NCBI GenBank assembly: GCA_963779415.1
Contig: CAVZYA010000001.1
Coordinates: 640,001 to 704,000 of the forward strand
DNA from: an uncultured Acidobacteriota bacterium
GTDB taxonomy: Bacteria > Acidobacteriota > Thermoanaerobaculia > UBA5066
Direction: 5' to 3'
DNA: 64,000 bases
A program made the position numbers and the translations under genes. Shown here piece after piece: positions 38,394 to 49,949 of the stretch. The notes beneath the pieces were generated by a model. That model ran no database searches, was not told where the DNA came from, and saw nothing but the letters and a program-made list of their open reading frames with translations. Position 1 is the stretch's first letter. Each line of letters begins with the position of its first letter.

Positions 38394-40898
38394 TCACAGG
38401 GCCAGGTGGTAGCCGCCCGCGATGAACTCCCGGGCGAAATGCTGGGCCGCTGCGTCGGAGAACATCATCATGTCGAGCTGTTTTGCGGCCATCATGAGGC
38501 GCCCGAGGACGTCGAGGCGCTCCTCGAGCGCCGCGACGTCGTAGCCGTCGATGCGCGCGACCAGGAAGTCCGCCTGGCGCTGCAGGCGGAAGTCGACGTG
38601 GCGGAGCACCTGCGTAAGGAACTCGATGCGGCGGACCCGGCGCGTGATGTCCGCCCCGCCGCCGTAGAAGGTCAGGCTGACGTACGAGTCGTGGTCCTCG
38701 TGGAGGAACGAGTCAATCACCGCGAAGTGGAAGCCCATGCGGTTGGAAAGGTTGAGGTAGGACTCGGCGACCAGGGCGAAGTTCCGCTCCTCGAGGCGAC
38801 CACGAATGCTCGTGTCGGCGGCGGCGGACATGACCACCGACATGAACCCGCCGAGGTCCATCGGCTTGGGGCCCTTCCAGCCGGCCGCGACCACGCCGCG
38901 CCAGTACGCGAGGAACGGGCGCGAGAGGATGTCCTCCGGGGTCACGACCGCCCGGCTCGCGGCTTCCTCCTTGAGCCCCCGCTCGAGATCTATGACCCAG
39001 ATGTCCAGCGGGATGTTGCTCTTCAGGCGCTTGGCGCTCCTCGCCTCGGGGCTCCCCTCGGGAACCTCGAAGAACGAGCGCATCGCCATCTCGTGGGCGA
39101 AGCGAGTGACGTCGTGGAAGGTCTCACAGCGGTCGGGCCGGAAGTCGGAAGCGCGCGGATCGGTCAGGTTGAGCGGCACGACGTCCTGCAGCACGGCCTG
39201 GAGCGCGCGGTAGGGGCGGCTCCCCCGGATCAGGCTCCTGTCGGGCGCGGGCGCGGCCAGTAGCTCCTCGACCCGGCCCCGGTAGACGTTACCGTAGAAC
39301 GCATCGACGGTGACGGTCTCGCCCGCGGGCAGGAGCTCGCAGGCCCGCCGGGCGCCGAAGAGGGCTGGCAGGGCGGCCTCGCGCAGAACCGTGGCCAGGT
39401 GGCTCGTCGTCGAGCCTACCTCACAGACCACGGCACGGGCGCGGCCCAGGTGGACGGTGTAGTCCAGCGACGGGCTGCGGGCCACCAGCACGCAGCCCTC
39501 CGGCACCTCGTTCCCGTCGTCACACATGAGGTGGACCGGTCCCGCCGCGGCGCCCCGGCTGGCGATCAGCGCCCGGTCGACGAGCAGAGGAGCACCCTTG
39601 ACCACCGGTGGCTGGTAGGACGCCGGGCTGCGCACGCGAAGCGGCCGCGACTGGAGCAGAGCGAGCTGCCCATCCTGGCCGAGGGCCCACTCCATGTCCT
39701 GCGGGTCGCCAAGCAGCTCGCGCACCTGCTCCCCGAGGCGCACCAGCTCCTGTGCGTCCGCGGCGGACAGGGACGCTACGTGCCGCTGCCCGGCCGGCGT
39801 CGCGCGCACCTCGGTGCCGCCCTCGGCGAGGCACACCGCCATGCGAGTCTTGTCGCCGACCGCGACCTCGAGCTGTCCCGCGCGATTCACGCGCAGCACG
39901 TCCGGGCTGACGTCGCCGCCAACCGCCATGGTGCCGAGGCCCCAGACGGCGTTGATCACGCGCTCGCCCTCCTCGGGGCTGGCCGGGTCGACGCTGTAGA
40001 AGACGCCGGCGGCCCGAGCGTCCACCATGTCCATCACGAGCACCCCCATGCCCATCTCCTCGTACGAGTACCCGTGGGCGTTGCAGTAGTAGAGGGCGCG
40101 GGGGGTGAACTGACTGGCAAGCACCGTCTTGTACGCCGCGGCCGTCTCCTCGCGGGGCACGTTGAGGACGCTCTCGAACTGGCCGGCGAAGCTGAAGAAG
40201 CTGTCCTCGTGGATGGCGCTCGAACGGACCGCCACGCGCGCGCCGAGGCGCGTGGCGTGGCCGTCGATGGCGGTGCGCAGCTCTGGCGGGATCTCGGCCG
40301 CGACGATGCGTTGCCGGATGGCGTCACCCGCGCGGCGCAGGCTCTCCATGTCGCCGGCGCTGGTCCCGGCCAGCTCCTCCGCCACCAGGCGGGAGAGGCC
40401 CGCCCCTTCGAAGAAAAGACGCTGGCCGTAAGCGGTGACCACGAACCCCGACGGGACGGGCAGGCCCGCGCGCGCGAGGCGCCCGAGGTTGAGGGCCTTG
40501 CCACCGGCCTGGTGGGCGTCGTCGGGGATGGCTTCGAGTGGGAAGACCAGAGGACCCGGCTCGATCCGCGCCGGGTCGAGCCTCCCTCTCACCCGAGCGC
40601 GGATGCGGGCCACGACCTCATGCAGCTCGGTGAAGCGCCCGTCTGACAGCTCGACGAGCCCGTCCACCAGGCTGTCGACGTGCGCGCCGAGTTCGTCGCA
40701 CGACCCGCGGACGTAGGACATGTCGAACAGGTAGCCCTCGGAGGCCTTGGCCTGCAGGTCGCCAATGAGGGCGAGGACGGCGTAGTTCTCTCCGAGGAAC
40801 TCGCGGAAACGCGTGTAGCGGGTTGCGAGCGTCGAGCGAGGCCGCACGGTGGCGCCTTTGGCCGGCTGCTTCCGGTGCCATCGATCGAGCCACTCCAC
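38394..40898 (-). CDS. PEP-synthase/PPDK-like protein C
   Basis: GGKALNL, AVRSSAIHED..SFAGQF, QDMEWA, LQSRPL and GSTTSHLATVLRE, then CETFHDVTRFAHE...GFHFAVID...KQLDM. Confidence 0.85.
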   Translation of the reverse strand: MEWLDRWHRKQPAKGATVRPRSTLATRYTRFREFLGENYAVLALIGDLQAKASEGYLFDMSYVRGSCDELGAHVDSLVDGLVELSDGRFTELHEVVARIRARVRGRLDPARIEPGPLVFPLEAIPDDAHQAGGKALNLGRLARAGLPVPSGFVVTAYGQRLFFEGAGLSRLVAEELAGTSAGDMESLRRAGDAIRQRIVAAEIPPELRTAIDGHATRLGARVAVRSSAIHEDSFFSFAGQFESVLNVPREETAAAYKTVLASQFTPRALYYCNAHGYSYEEMGMGVLVMDMVDARAAGVFYSVDPASPEEGERVINAVWGLGTMAVGGDVSPDVLRVNRAGQLEVAVGDKTRMAVCLAEGGTEVRATPAGQRHVASLSAADAQELVRLGEQVRELLGDPQDMEWALGQDGQLALLQSRPLRVRSPASYQPPVVKGAPLLVDRALIASRGAAAGPVHLMCDDGNEVPEGCVLVARSPSLDYTVHLGRARAVVCEVGSTTSHLATVLREAALPALFGARRACELLPAGETVTVDAFYGNVYRGRVEELLAAPAPDRSLIRGSRPYRALQAVLQDVVPLNLTDPRASDFRPDRCETFHDVTRFAHEMAMRSFFEVPEGSPEARSAKRLKSNIPLDIWVIDLERGLKEEAASRAVVTPEDILSRPFLAYWRGVVAAGWKGPKPMDLGGFMSVVMSAAADTSIRGRLEERNFALVAESYLNLSNRMGFHFAVIDSFLHEDHDSYVSLTFYGGGADITRRVRRIEFLTQVLRHVDFRLQRQADFLVARIDGYDVAALEERLDVLGRLMMAAKQLDMMMFSDAAAQHFAREFIAGGYHLAL

Positions 40899-40917
40899 TC
40901 GTCGCCCCGGTCCCGTG

Positions 40918-42300
40918 TCAGCGCGCCGTGCTCGGCGTCCCGCCGCGCTCCAGGACGAACTCCGCGATGGTGTCGAACACGTCGGTCATAACCACCACGC
41001 CGACCGTGCGGCCGCCGTCCAGCACCGGCACGAGGTCGACGCCGTACTGGATCATGGTCGTGACGACACGGCTCAGCCCGTCCCTGCAGCTGACCGTGCC
41101 CCGGATTGGTGCCATGACCGACGGCACGGGCTGCCGGGCACCCTCCACGGCGGCGTCGCTGAAGAACGAGAGCCACCGCAGGCTCGCCAGCCCCGAGAAG
41201 TCGGCGGAAGGCACGAGACCCGCGACCAGCCCCTGCGTGCGATCCATCCGACGGAGCTCCGGCGGGAGGCCGCGAAGGAGGTCCCGGCGTGTCACCACGC
41301 CCAGCACGTGTCCCGCATGGTCGATGACGAGGAGATAGCGTGGCCGGATGAGGTGGCCGTCCGCAAGCTTCACGGTAAAGGCGCCGAGTGCGACGAGAGC
41401 CTCGCGGATCGTCACCGACTCGTGCACGTGCGGGTAGTCCGCAATTGGGACCATGAATTCGCGGGCCGTCTTCTCCGTCGATTGTGCGCCGGCTTCGATG
41501 TCGCTCGGCGGGTCTCCCTCGCAGGCGACGCGGGCGACGCCCGGGATCGCCCCGACGAGCCGCGCGATCAGGTCGCGGTCGCGCGGCACATGCGCGCCGC
41601 CACCGACGTGGACGACCCCCTTGCGCGCCGTCACCGTGAATCCGTGCTCGGGCAGGCCGGAGCGAAAGGCCAGGGTCGCGCGCGCCTGTGCCGCGATCAC
41701 GAAGTCGTCGATCTCACCCTGGCGCTCGGCGTTACGCGCGTACTCCTTCCGCCCCGCCAGGTCGGCCACCAGAGAGACCGCGGCCTCGGGGTCGAGGCAC
41801 TCGAGGTTGATCACCAGGTCGTACAGGGCGGGGTCCGCCCAGTCGGCCTGGTAAACCTGCCGCACCCAGCGCTGGCGCTCGCTGTCAACGGTCTCGATGT
41901 AGCGCTCGGCCTCCTCGCGCGCGAGGCCGCGCTCGGCCATGGCGGCACGCACCCGGTACTCGGTGGGCGCGATAAGCCGGAGCCTGATGACGCACGGCAG
42001 ATTGCGGAGCAGGAACTGGCCCGCGAGTCCATGGTAGATGACGTCCCCCGCCTGGACCTTTTCGGCGAGGGTCGCCTGCACCGCCAGGATGTAGTCCTCC
42101 GCCTCGTGCCGGAAGCGGTCCCACAGGCTGGGAGGACTCTGCATGGCGCGCAGCATCTTCTCCTCGCTCACGCCGTACTGCTGCGCCGCCTCCACGAGCA
42201 CCTCGCGGCTGAGCGTGCGGTAGGAGAGCCGCGCCCCCAGCTTCTCCGCCAGGAGCCGGCCCCCGCTCAGCGTTCCCCGAGAGATCGAGATGATCGCCAT
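40918..42300 (-). CDS. Cytidylate-kinase-like + BON-like + tandem CBS protein
   Basis: MAIISISRGTLSGGR...IYHGLAGQ..L...LRLIAP...YDLVIN, then VTARKGVVHV...IPGVARV, then AREFMVPIADYPHV...VPVLDGGRTVGVV. Confidence 0.8.
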   Translation of the reverse strand: MAIISISRGTLSGGRLLAEKLGARLSYRTLSREVLVEAAQQYGVSEEKMLRAMQSPPSLWDRFRHEAEDYILAVQATLAEKVQAGDVIYHGLAGQFLLRNLPCVIRLRLIAPTEYRVRAAMAERGLAREEAERYIETVDSERQRWVRQVYQADWADPALYDLVINLECLDPEAAVSLVADLAGRKEYARNAERQGEIDDFVIAAQARATLAFRSGLPEHGFTVTARKGVVHVGGGAHVPRDRDLIARLVGAIPGVARVACEGDPPSDIEAGAQSTEKTAREFMVPIADYPHVHESVTIREALVALGAFTVKLADGHLIRPRYLLVIDHAGHVLGVVTRRDLLRGLPPELRRMDRTQGLVAGLVPSADFSGLASLRWLSFFSDAAVEGARQPVPSVMAPIRGTVSCRDGLSRVVTTMIQYGVDLVPVLDGGRTVGVVVMTDVFDTIAEFVLERGGTPSTAR

Positions 42301-42440
42301 TGGAGGACGTCGGGACGTTCGGACGTTCTCGGCCGAATGTCAAGGAGGCCGCCAAGGCGTCGGCGGGTGCGCCCGCGTGCTAGGATCTTGCTCCGAAGCG
42401 AGGAAGGTGCGCGTCGTCGGTCGAGGTGGACACTAGCACC

Positions 42441-45400
42441 ATGCGATTCCTGGGGCGCGTCTTCCCGTTCCTTGCGTGGTTCAAAGGCTATGACGGCGCG
42501 GCGCTGCGCGCCGACCTCACGGCCGGCGTCACCGTGGCGCTTGTGCTGGTGCCGCAGTCGATGGCCTACGCGCAGCTCGCCGGGCTTCCTGCCTACTACG
42601 GCCTGTACGCGGCCTTCCTCCCGCCCATCGTGGCCAGCCTTTTCGGCTCCAGCCGCCAGCTCGCGACCGGGCCGGTGGCGGTGGTCTCGCTGGTGTGCGC
42701 GGCGGCGCTCGAGCCGCTGGCCACGGCCGGCAGCGAGCAGTTCGTCGCGTACGCGGTGCTCCTCGCACTGCTCGTCGGCGTGGTGCAGCTCGCGCTCGGG
42801 CTCCTCCGGCTCGGCATGGTGGTGAACTTCCTGTCGCACCCGGTGGTCAACGGCTTCACCACCGCAGCCGCCATCATCATCGCCACGTCGCAGCTCGCCA
42901 AGCTGTTCGGCGTGGTCGAGGAGAAGGCGCCGCACCACTACCAGACGGTCGCCCGGGTGGTCGGCGAAGCCCTCAAGAACACCCACTGGCCCACCCTCGG
43001 GATGGCGGCGCTCGCCTTCGTCCTCATGCTCGGGCTCAGGAGGTGGCTGCCTCGGGTGCCCAACGTCCTCGTGGCCGCGGTCGTGACCACGTTGATCGCC
43101 TGGGCGGTCGGCTTCGAACGCGTCGAGACCGTCCCGCTCGGAGAGATCGAGTCGCCGCGCGTCGCCGCGGCCGTGACCTCGTACAACGAGGCGCTGGCGC
43201 TGAAGGAGAGTCTCGAGAGCACGCGCGCCGCGGGCCGGAAGGCGTGGGCCAGCCGGCAATCGCAGGGCAGCGAGGTGTGCGCGCGCTGCCACGCACCGCG
43301 CGACGTGCGCCGCCTGGGCGCGGCCCTCGCCGGTGAGGAGGGCCGCGCCGGAAGCGGCTCGATCCTCGCGCTGCACGACATGTCGGGCCTGCTCGCCGAC
43401 TGCGTGGCCGAAGCACGGAAGACGATCGCGGCGCGGCGCTCGGAGCTCCTCGCGTTGCGCCTGGTGCGTGCGGCCGGCGACAAGGACGGCCGGTTCTTCC
43501 TGAACGGGGAGGCGCCGCCCGGAACCACCATCCTCAGCGGCACGTGGAAGCTGCAGGTGGGCAACCGACCGGTGTTGGCGGATGCGATCACATTGCAGGG
43601 TGGGGGCGCGGTCGTGGGCCGGGTGCCCAAGGGTCTTCCCGCCGTCCGTCTGCCTTCGATGGACGGGAGCATCCTTGTCCGGCTCGTCCCGGCCGCGCTC
43701 ATCATCTCGCTGCTGGGCTTCATGGAGGCCATCTCCATCGCCAAGGCCATGGCCGCCCGCACCAAGCAGAAGCTCGACGCCAACCAGGAGCTGGTCGGTC
43801 AGGGCCTCGCGAACATCTTCGGGTCGCTGACGCTCAGCTATCCGGTGTCCGGGTCCTTCTCCCGCTCGGCGGTGGCCCTCCAGGCGGGCGCGAGGACCGG
43901 CCTGGGGAACGTGGTGTCGGGTCTGGTGGTCCTCGTGGTCCTCCTCTTTTTGGCCCGCTGGCTCTACTTCCTGCCCGAGGCGGCGCTGGCCGCCATCATC
44001 ATGGTCGCGGTTCTCGGGCTGGTGAAGGTCGACGGCTTCGTCCACGCCTGGCGCGCGAACCGCCTCGACGGCGTCATCGGAGTGGTCGCCTTCGTCGTCA
44101 CGCTGGCCTTCGCCCCACACCTGGAGTGGGGCATCGCCACCGGCGTGGCGCTGTCGCTGGGGGCGTACCTCTACCGCACCATGAGGCCCAAGGTGGTCGA
44201 GCTGGCGCCGCATCCGGACGGCGCTCTCAGGGACGCCAGCCGCCACGAGCTCAGGAGCTGCCGCCACCTCGCCGTGATCAGCTTCGAGGGACCGCTCAAC
44301 TTCGCCAGCGTGGCCTACCTGGAGGACGAGATCCTCGGCCGTGTCGCCGAGAAGCCCGGCCTCAGGCACGTCCTCGTCTCGGGCAACGGCATCAGCGAAA
44401 TCGACGCTTCCGGCGAGGAGACCCTGCGCAAGATCGTGGACAACCTGCGCGGCGCCGGCTACGAGGTCTCCTTCTCGGGGCTCTCCGATCCCGTCCTCGA
44501 CGTGCTCCGGCGGACGGGTCTCTTCGACCGGATCGGCGCGGCGCGCTTCTACGCCACACGGGCCCTGGCGATCAGCGAGATCTACCCTCAGGTCCACGCC
44601 GGGAGCGACGAGCCGGACTGCCCGTTCCGGCAGGCCATGCCGCCGGTCGTCGAGCTGTCGCTCCATCCGGATGGGTCGCTTCGGGCCGCGGAACGCCATG
44701 GCCTGACGTGCTGCCGCCACATCGCGGCCTTCCGCTTCGACGCCCCGCTGAGCTTCGCGAACACGGCCTTCCTCGAGCAGGAAATCCTCGGTCGCGTCGC
44801 CGACCGGCCCACGCTGCGCCACGTCATCATCGTCGCCCACGGCATCAGCGAGGTCGACGATGCCGCGGCCCAGAAGATCGGCGACCTGGTGCAGAGGCTG
44901 CGGGCCGCCGGCTTCGCCGTGTCATTCAGCGGCCTGAAGGATGACGTGCAGGAGGTGCTCGAGCGAACGAACGTGGCGCACATCCTGGGCGCCGAGAACA
45001 TGTACCCGACGCAGGCCGCCGCGGTGGCGGCCATCTACGCCCGGGCCCACACCGGCTCGTCCGAGGAGGGCTGCCCGCTGGAGGCGCTGGCGCCGCGCCT
45101 GACGGAGCTGTCGCTCCATCCCGACGGCACGCTGCGCGACGCGCGCCGCCAGCAGCTCCGGCTCTGCCAGGCCATCGGCGTGCTGCGGTTCGACGGACCG
45201 CTCCCCCTCGGCAGCCGCAAGGGGATCCAGTCGGAGTTCATCCGCTGGACCAAGCGGCGGGCGAGCGTGCGGAGCGTCGTCTTCGTGGCGAGCACCCTGC
45301 ACCGGCTGGAGCGGGCCGAGGCCGAGAACCTCGCCGCTCTGGTCCAGGCGGTCCGGGAGGCCGACTACGAAGTGGTTCTGGCGAGCGTCACCGACGAGGC

Positions 45401-46013
45401 GCTCGAGTCCCTCGGCCGCAGCGGAATCGCCGACGCCATCGGCCTCGCGGCCATCGTCCCGTCCGAGTATCTCGCCATCGCCGAGATGCTCCCCTGGGCC
45501 CACGAGGGCCGCGACGAGCCGGACTGCCCATTGCGCGGCCTCCTGCCGCGCGTCGTGGAGTTGGCGCTTCACGCCGACGGCTCGCTGCGCGACGCGCGGC
45601 GCCACGGGCTCGGGCTCTGCCCGCGGATCGTCGCGGTGCGCTTCGACGGGCCGCTCAACTTCGCCACCATCCGCTACTTCGAGTCGCAGCTCGCCGCCTG
45701 CCTCGTAAGGCGCCCCTCCGCCCGGCACGTCCTCCTCGCCGGGCACACTATCGAGCGCCTCGACACCGAAGCCGCCGAGGAGCTGGTGCACCTGTTCGCA
45801 CGGATGAGCGACGCCGGGATCCGCGTGGCGGTGAGCGGACTACGCGACGACGTGCTCGACATGCTGCGCCGCGGTGCCGGGAGCGTCGAGAAGGCCCGCG
45901 CCGAGTTCTTCCCGACCCAGGCCAAAGCGCTCGAGACCCTCTACCCGGACGCGCATCCCGCCCCGGACGAAGAGAGGTGCCCCTTGCGAGAGGTCGTGCC
46001 GGTCCCGGCGTAA
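42441..46013 (+). CDS. SulP/SLC26 anion permease with a CxxCH-containing insert and four tandem STAS domains
   Basis: DLTAGVTVALVLVPQSMAYAQLAGLP..YGLY, GSSRQLATGP, DANQELVGQGLAN, GSFSRSAV. Insert contains CARCH. Four STAS-like repeats follow. Confidence 0.9.
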   Translation: MRFLGRVFPFLAWFKGYDGAALRADLTAGVTVALVLVPQSMAYAQLAGLPAYYGLYAAFLPPIVASLFGSSRQLATGPVAVVSLVCAAALEPLATAGSEQFVAYAVLLALLVGVVQLALGLLRLGMVVNFLSHPVVNGFTTAAAIIIATSQLAKLFGVVEEKAPHHYQTVARVVGEALKNTHWPTLGMAALAFVLMLGLRRWLPRVPNVLVAAVVTTLIAWAVGFERVETVPLGEIESPRVAAAVTSYNEALALKESLESTRAAGRKAWASRQSQGSEVCARCHAPRDVRRLGAALAGEEGRAGSGSILALHDMSGLLADCVAEARKTIAARRSELLALRLVRAAGDKDGRFFLNGEAPPGTTILSGTWKLQVGNRPVLADAITLQGGGAVVGRVPKGLPAVRLPSMDGSILVRLVPAALIISLLGFMEAISIAKAMAARTKQKLDANQELVGQGLANIFGSLTLSYPVSGSFSRSAVALQAGARTGLGNVVSGLVVLVVLLFLARWLYFLPEAALAAIIMVAVLGLVKVDGFVHAWRANRLDGVIGVVAFVVTLAFAPHLEWGIATGVALSLGAYLYRTMRPKVVELAPHPDGALRDASRHELRSCRHLAVISFEGPLNFASVAYLEDEILGRVAEKPGLRHVLVSGNGISEIDASGEETLRKIVDNLRGAGYEVSFSGLSDPVLDVLRRTGLFDRIGAARFYATRALAISEIYPQVHAGSDEPDCPFRQAMPPVVELSLHPDGSLRAAERHGLTCCRHIAAFRFDAPLSFANTAFLEQEILGRVADRPTLRHVIIVAHGISEVDDAAAQKIGDLVQRLRAAGFAVSFSGLKDDVQEVLERTNVAHILGAENMYPTQAAAVAAIYARAHTGSSEEGCPLEALAPRLTELSLHPDGTLRDARRQQLRLCQAIGVLRFDGPLPLGSRKGIQSEFIRWTKRRASVRSVVFVASTLHRLERAEAENLAALVQAVREADYEVVLASVTDEALESLGRSGIADAIGLAAIVPSEYLAIAEMLPWAHEGRDEPDCPLRGLLPRVVELALHADGSLRDARRHGLGLCPRIVAVRFDGPLNFATIRYFESQLAACLVRRPSARHVLLAGHTIERLDTEAAEELVHLFARMSDAGIRVAVSGLRDDVLDMLRRGAGSVEKARAEFFPTQAKALETLYPDAHPAPDEERCPLREVVPVPA
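44184..45995 (+). repeat. Four intragenic STAS-domain repeats with an exact 453-nt (151-aa) period
   Basis: The His codons of the H(P/A)DG motif fall at 44211, 44664, 45117 and 45570. Each unit ends in H-x7-CP. Confidence 0.85.
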
Positions 46014-46034
46014 GCCGCGTGGGCGCCCGGGCTC

Positions 46035-46466
46035 TTACCAGCCCCGGGACTTGAGGATCTTCTCGACCTGCTGGCGGGCGCGATCGTCGGTCAGCGCCAG
46101 GCGGCGCGCGCGCGCCTCGCGGATCTTCTCCAGCAGGGTGTTGATGTCGGTCGGCTTCTCGAGGACGTCCACCGCGCCGAGCCGCGTGGCCTCGACGGCC
46201 GTCTTGATGGTGGCCTGGCCCGTGAGGAGCATGACCTGCAGATCGGGGTTCAGGGCCAGGAGCGCCTTGAGCGTCGCGATCCCGTCCATGCCCGGCATTG
46301 CGAAGTCGAGGACGACCGCGTCGAAGCGCGCGGCCCCGACCTTCGCAATCCCGTCCGTGCCCGTGTACGCGACCTCGACCTCGAGCCCGCGGGCCCGAAG
46401 CCGTTCCGCCAGCGTCTCGACGAACTCCACCTCGTCGTCAATCAGGAGCACTCGATCAGTCGACAT
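46035..46466 (-). CDS. Stand-alone response regulator receiver
   Basis: VLLIDDE...LDFAMPGMDG...LTGQA...LEKP, C-terminus KILKSRGW. Confidence 0.9.
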   Translation of the reverse strand: MSTDRVLLIDDEVEFVETLAERLRARGLEVEVAYTGTDGIAKVGAARFDAVVLDFAMPGMDGIATLKALLALNPDLQVMLLTGQATIKTAVEATRLGAVDVLEKPTDINTLLEKIREARARRLALTDDRARQQVEKILKSRGW

Positions 46467-47197
46467 CAGCAATTACCTCCGGCGGCCGCCTGGCTGGCGC
46501 CGCCCGATTCGGGGCGGACGCTGCCCCGGCGGCTGTGCGGGACGAACAGGACGAGGCGGTCGTCAGCCGCGTGGCGCGGCGCCTCCCGCACTTTGCCCCC
46601 CAACACTTCCAGGATGCTCGAGAGCGCGGCGAGCCGCGCGGCGGTCTCCGTTCCTCGGGGCACCGGGTCGGCGCCGACGAGCACGATCGCCGCTCCGTCC
46701 GGCTGCGGCGACAAAGTGACCGCAATCCGGCCCCGTTCGGTGCTCCCTCCGAGCAGCAGCTCGATGGCCGTGTAGACCGCCTGCTGCAGCCAGAAGGGGT
46801 TGCTCTCGAGCGCGACCCCCGCGTCGGGCAGGCTGGCGGAAAGTTCGGTCTGCCGGAGACGGGTCTGCCGCGTCGCGAAGAACACGACGCGGCCAACGAC
46901 CTCTCGCGCATCGAAGACCACCCAGGGAGCGTCCACGCTGTGCGCGAACTGGTGCATGTTGCGGATGATCGTCTGGCCGCGCTTGACCTGCGCCTGGATC
47001 CGGCACACCGCCTCGCCGAGCTTCTCGAGGCTCCCCGGATCCCCCCGCCGGACGCGACCCAAGGTGTCCTCCTGAAGCCCGGCGAGTTCGTTCACGATGT
47101 TGAAGACGTTGACGAGCTCGTGGCACTGCCCGGCCATGACCCGGCCGAAGAAGACGAGCCCCTCCTCGCAAAGGCGACTCTCGCCCGCGTCGGTCAC
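46466..47197 (-). CDS. Cytoplasmic degenerate histidine-kinase-like protein (HisKA intact, ATPase boxes eroded)
   Basis: FFGRVMAGQCHELVNVFNIVNELAG is H-box-like and FAHSVD follows. No recognisable N, G1, F or G2 boxes. Start set at the GTG at 47197. Confidence 0.7.
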   Translation of the reverse strand: MTDAGESRLCEEGLVFFGRVMAGQCHELVNVFNIVNELAGLQEDTLGRVRRGDPGSLEKLGEAVCRIQAQVKRGQTIIRNMHQFAHSVDAPWVVFDAREVVGRVVFFATRQTRLRQTELSASLPDAGVALESNPFWLQQAVYTAIELLLGGSTERGRIAVTLSPQPDGAAIVLVGADPVPRGTETAARLAALSSILEVLGGKVREAPRHAADDRLVLFVPHSRRGSVRPESGGASQAAAGGNC

Positions 47198-47199
47198 GG

Positions 47200-47568
47200 T
47201 CAGGCCCTGGCCGCAGCGCGGCGGAGTATCTCGATGAGGTCCTCGATCTCGACGGGCTTCTGGAGGTAGTCGAAGGCCCCGAGGCGGAGCCCCACCTCGA
47301 CGTCCTCCTTGGCCCCGTGGCCGGAAAGGAGGATCACTTCGAGGTCGGGGTGCGTCTGCTTGAGGCGCTTGATCACGTCCAGGCCTCCGAGGCCCGGCAT
47401 CCGGACGTCGAGCACCACGACGTCGAACGCCTTCTCCGCGACCTTGGCGAGAGCCTCCAAACCGCTCGTCGCGCCGCTCGCCTCGATCCCCCGCAGGCCG
47501 AGCCGCTCGACCACGGTAGACACGAGCTCCTCCTCGTCGTCCACGAACAAGACGCGCAGTGGCACCAT
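47200..47568 (-). CDS. Stand-alone response regulator receiver
   Basis: VLFVDDE...LDVRMPGLGG...LSGHG...YLQKP. Confidence 0.92.
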   Translation of the reverse strand: MVPLRVLFVDDEEELVSTVVERLGLRGIEASGATSGLEALAKVAEKAFDVVVLDVRMPGLGGLDVIKRLKQTHPDLEVILLSGHGAKEDVEVGLRLGAFDYLQKPVEIEDLIEILRRAAARA

Positions 47569-47571
47569 CCG

Positions 47572-49290
<1,719 letters not shown>

Positions 49291-49420
49291 GGTTCGCCGT
49301 CGCCCGGCGCCAGCCTCCCATGAGGAGGTAGTGGCGTCAACGCGTCGTCCGTCGCCCGCCAGCCCGCGTCGCGAGAGCCGGTGCATGGGAGACGCGCGTC
49401 CCTCACACACAACCAGCGAA

Positions 49421-49543
49421 TCCGCACGTAGGACAGGGAAGCAAGGACCGCGCCCGAGCCGTCAAGGTCCGGAGGTCGTTGAATCCCAGTAGGTTCAGGC
49501 TGCTGGCGGGCGTCGCCCTGTTACCGTCTCTTCACAGCGGAGG
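49421..49543 (-). promoter_or_regulatory. Sigma54 promoter module copy 3 (-24/-12 at 49440-49455, enhancer box 49519-49536)
   Basis: Minus strand GGGCGCGGTCCTTGCT (GG-N10-GC). TGTTACCGTCTCTTCACA (TGT-N12-ACA) again lies 78 nt away, and TTGAA sits at the same offset as in copies 1 and 2. Confidence 0.72.
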
Positions 49544-49546
49544 CTT

Positions 49547-49852
49547 CACGGGCCCGACCTCAACTGCGTCCGATACCGGTACGACGAGCGCGCCGGCCAG
49601 CGCCTGAAGACCGTGGAAATCGTCGTCGGCCGCGCCCGCTGGCGGCCCCCACGTCGCATTCCGAACGACGCCCTCGTCTCCGTGAAGGTGGAGTTGTGGG
49701 AGAAGGCGCTGCAGGAACGATTGAAATCCGCTGGCGCCCGCTGGGATCCGGCGCTACGTTTGTGGCGGATGCGATACGACAAGGCCGTCGAGTTCAGGGT
49801 CCGGAGGCGACTCGTGAGCCTCCGGCCGCAGGAAAAAAGCACCCAGAAGTAG
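49547..49852 (+). pseudogene. 5'-truncated hypothetical protein of a family often seen beside integron integrases
   Basis: Frame reads HGPDLNCVRYRYDERAGQRLKTVEIVV...ERLKSAGARWDPALRLW with no start codon before the CVRYRYD motif. The family association is from memory. Confidence 0.5.
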
Positions 49853-49930
49853 GAACCTCAATGCGCCTGGATCCAGACCCTTCAACCTCTTTTCCTTCAA
49901 AAGCGTCTAGATCTACTCACCCCCGTCTGA

Positions 49931-49949
49931 CGTCTAATACTAGTTAGGT
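49931..49949 (+). mobile_element. attI-like integron recombination site (or core site of a lost attC)
   Basis: CGTCTAATACTAGTTAGGT has an inverted L/R-like pair ending in GTTRRRY directly before the first cassette ORF. Confidence 0.5.

Noticed and set aside
19429-40898. Naming the three dikinase-like genes ppsA or ppdK
   Set aside because: No PEP/pyruvate-binding barrel motifs are visible after the His domain, so the metabolic names are not supported.
42376-42392. Fifth sigma54 promoter upstream of sulP (GTGCTAGGATCTTGCT)
   Set aside because: It has TG instead of the invariant -24 GG and no TGT-N12-ACA box. It may instead be an extended -10 (TGCTAGGAT), but support is too weak to call.
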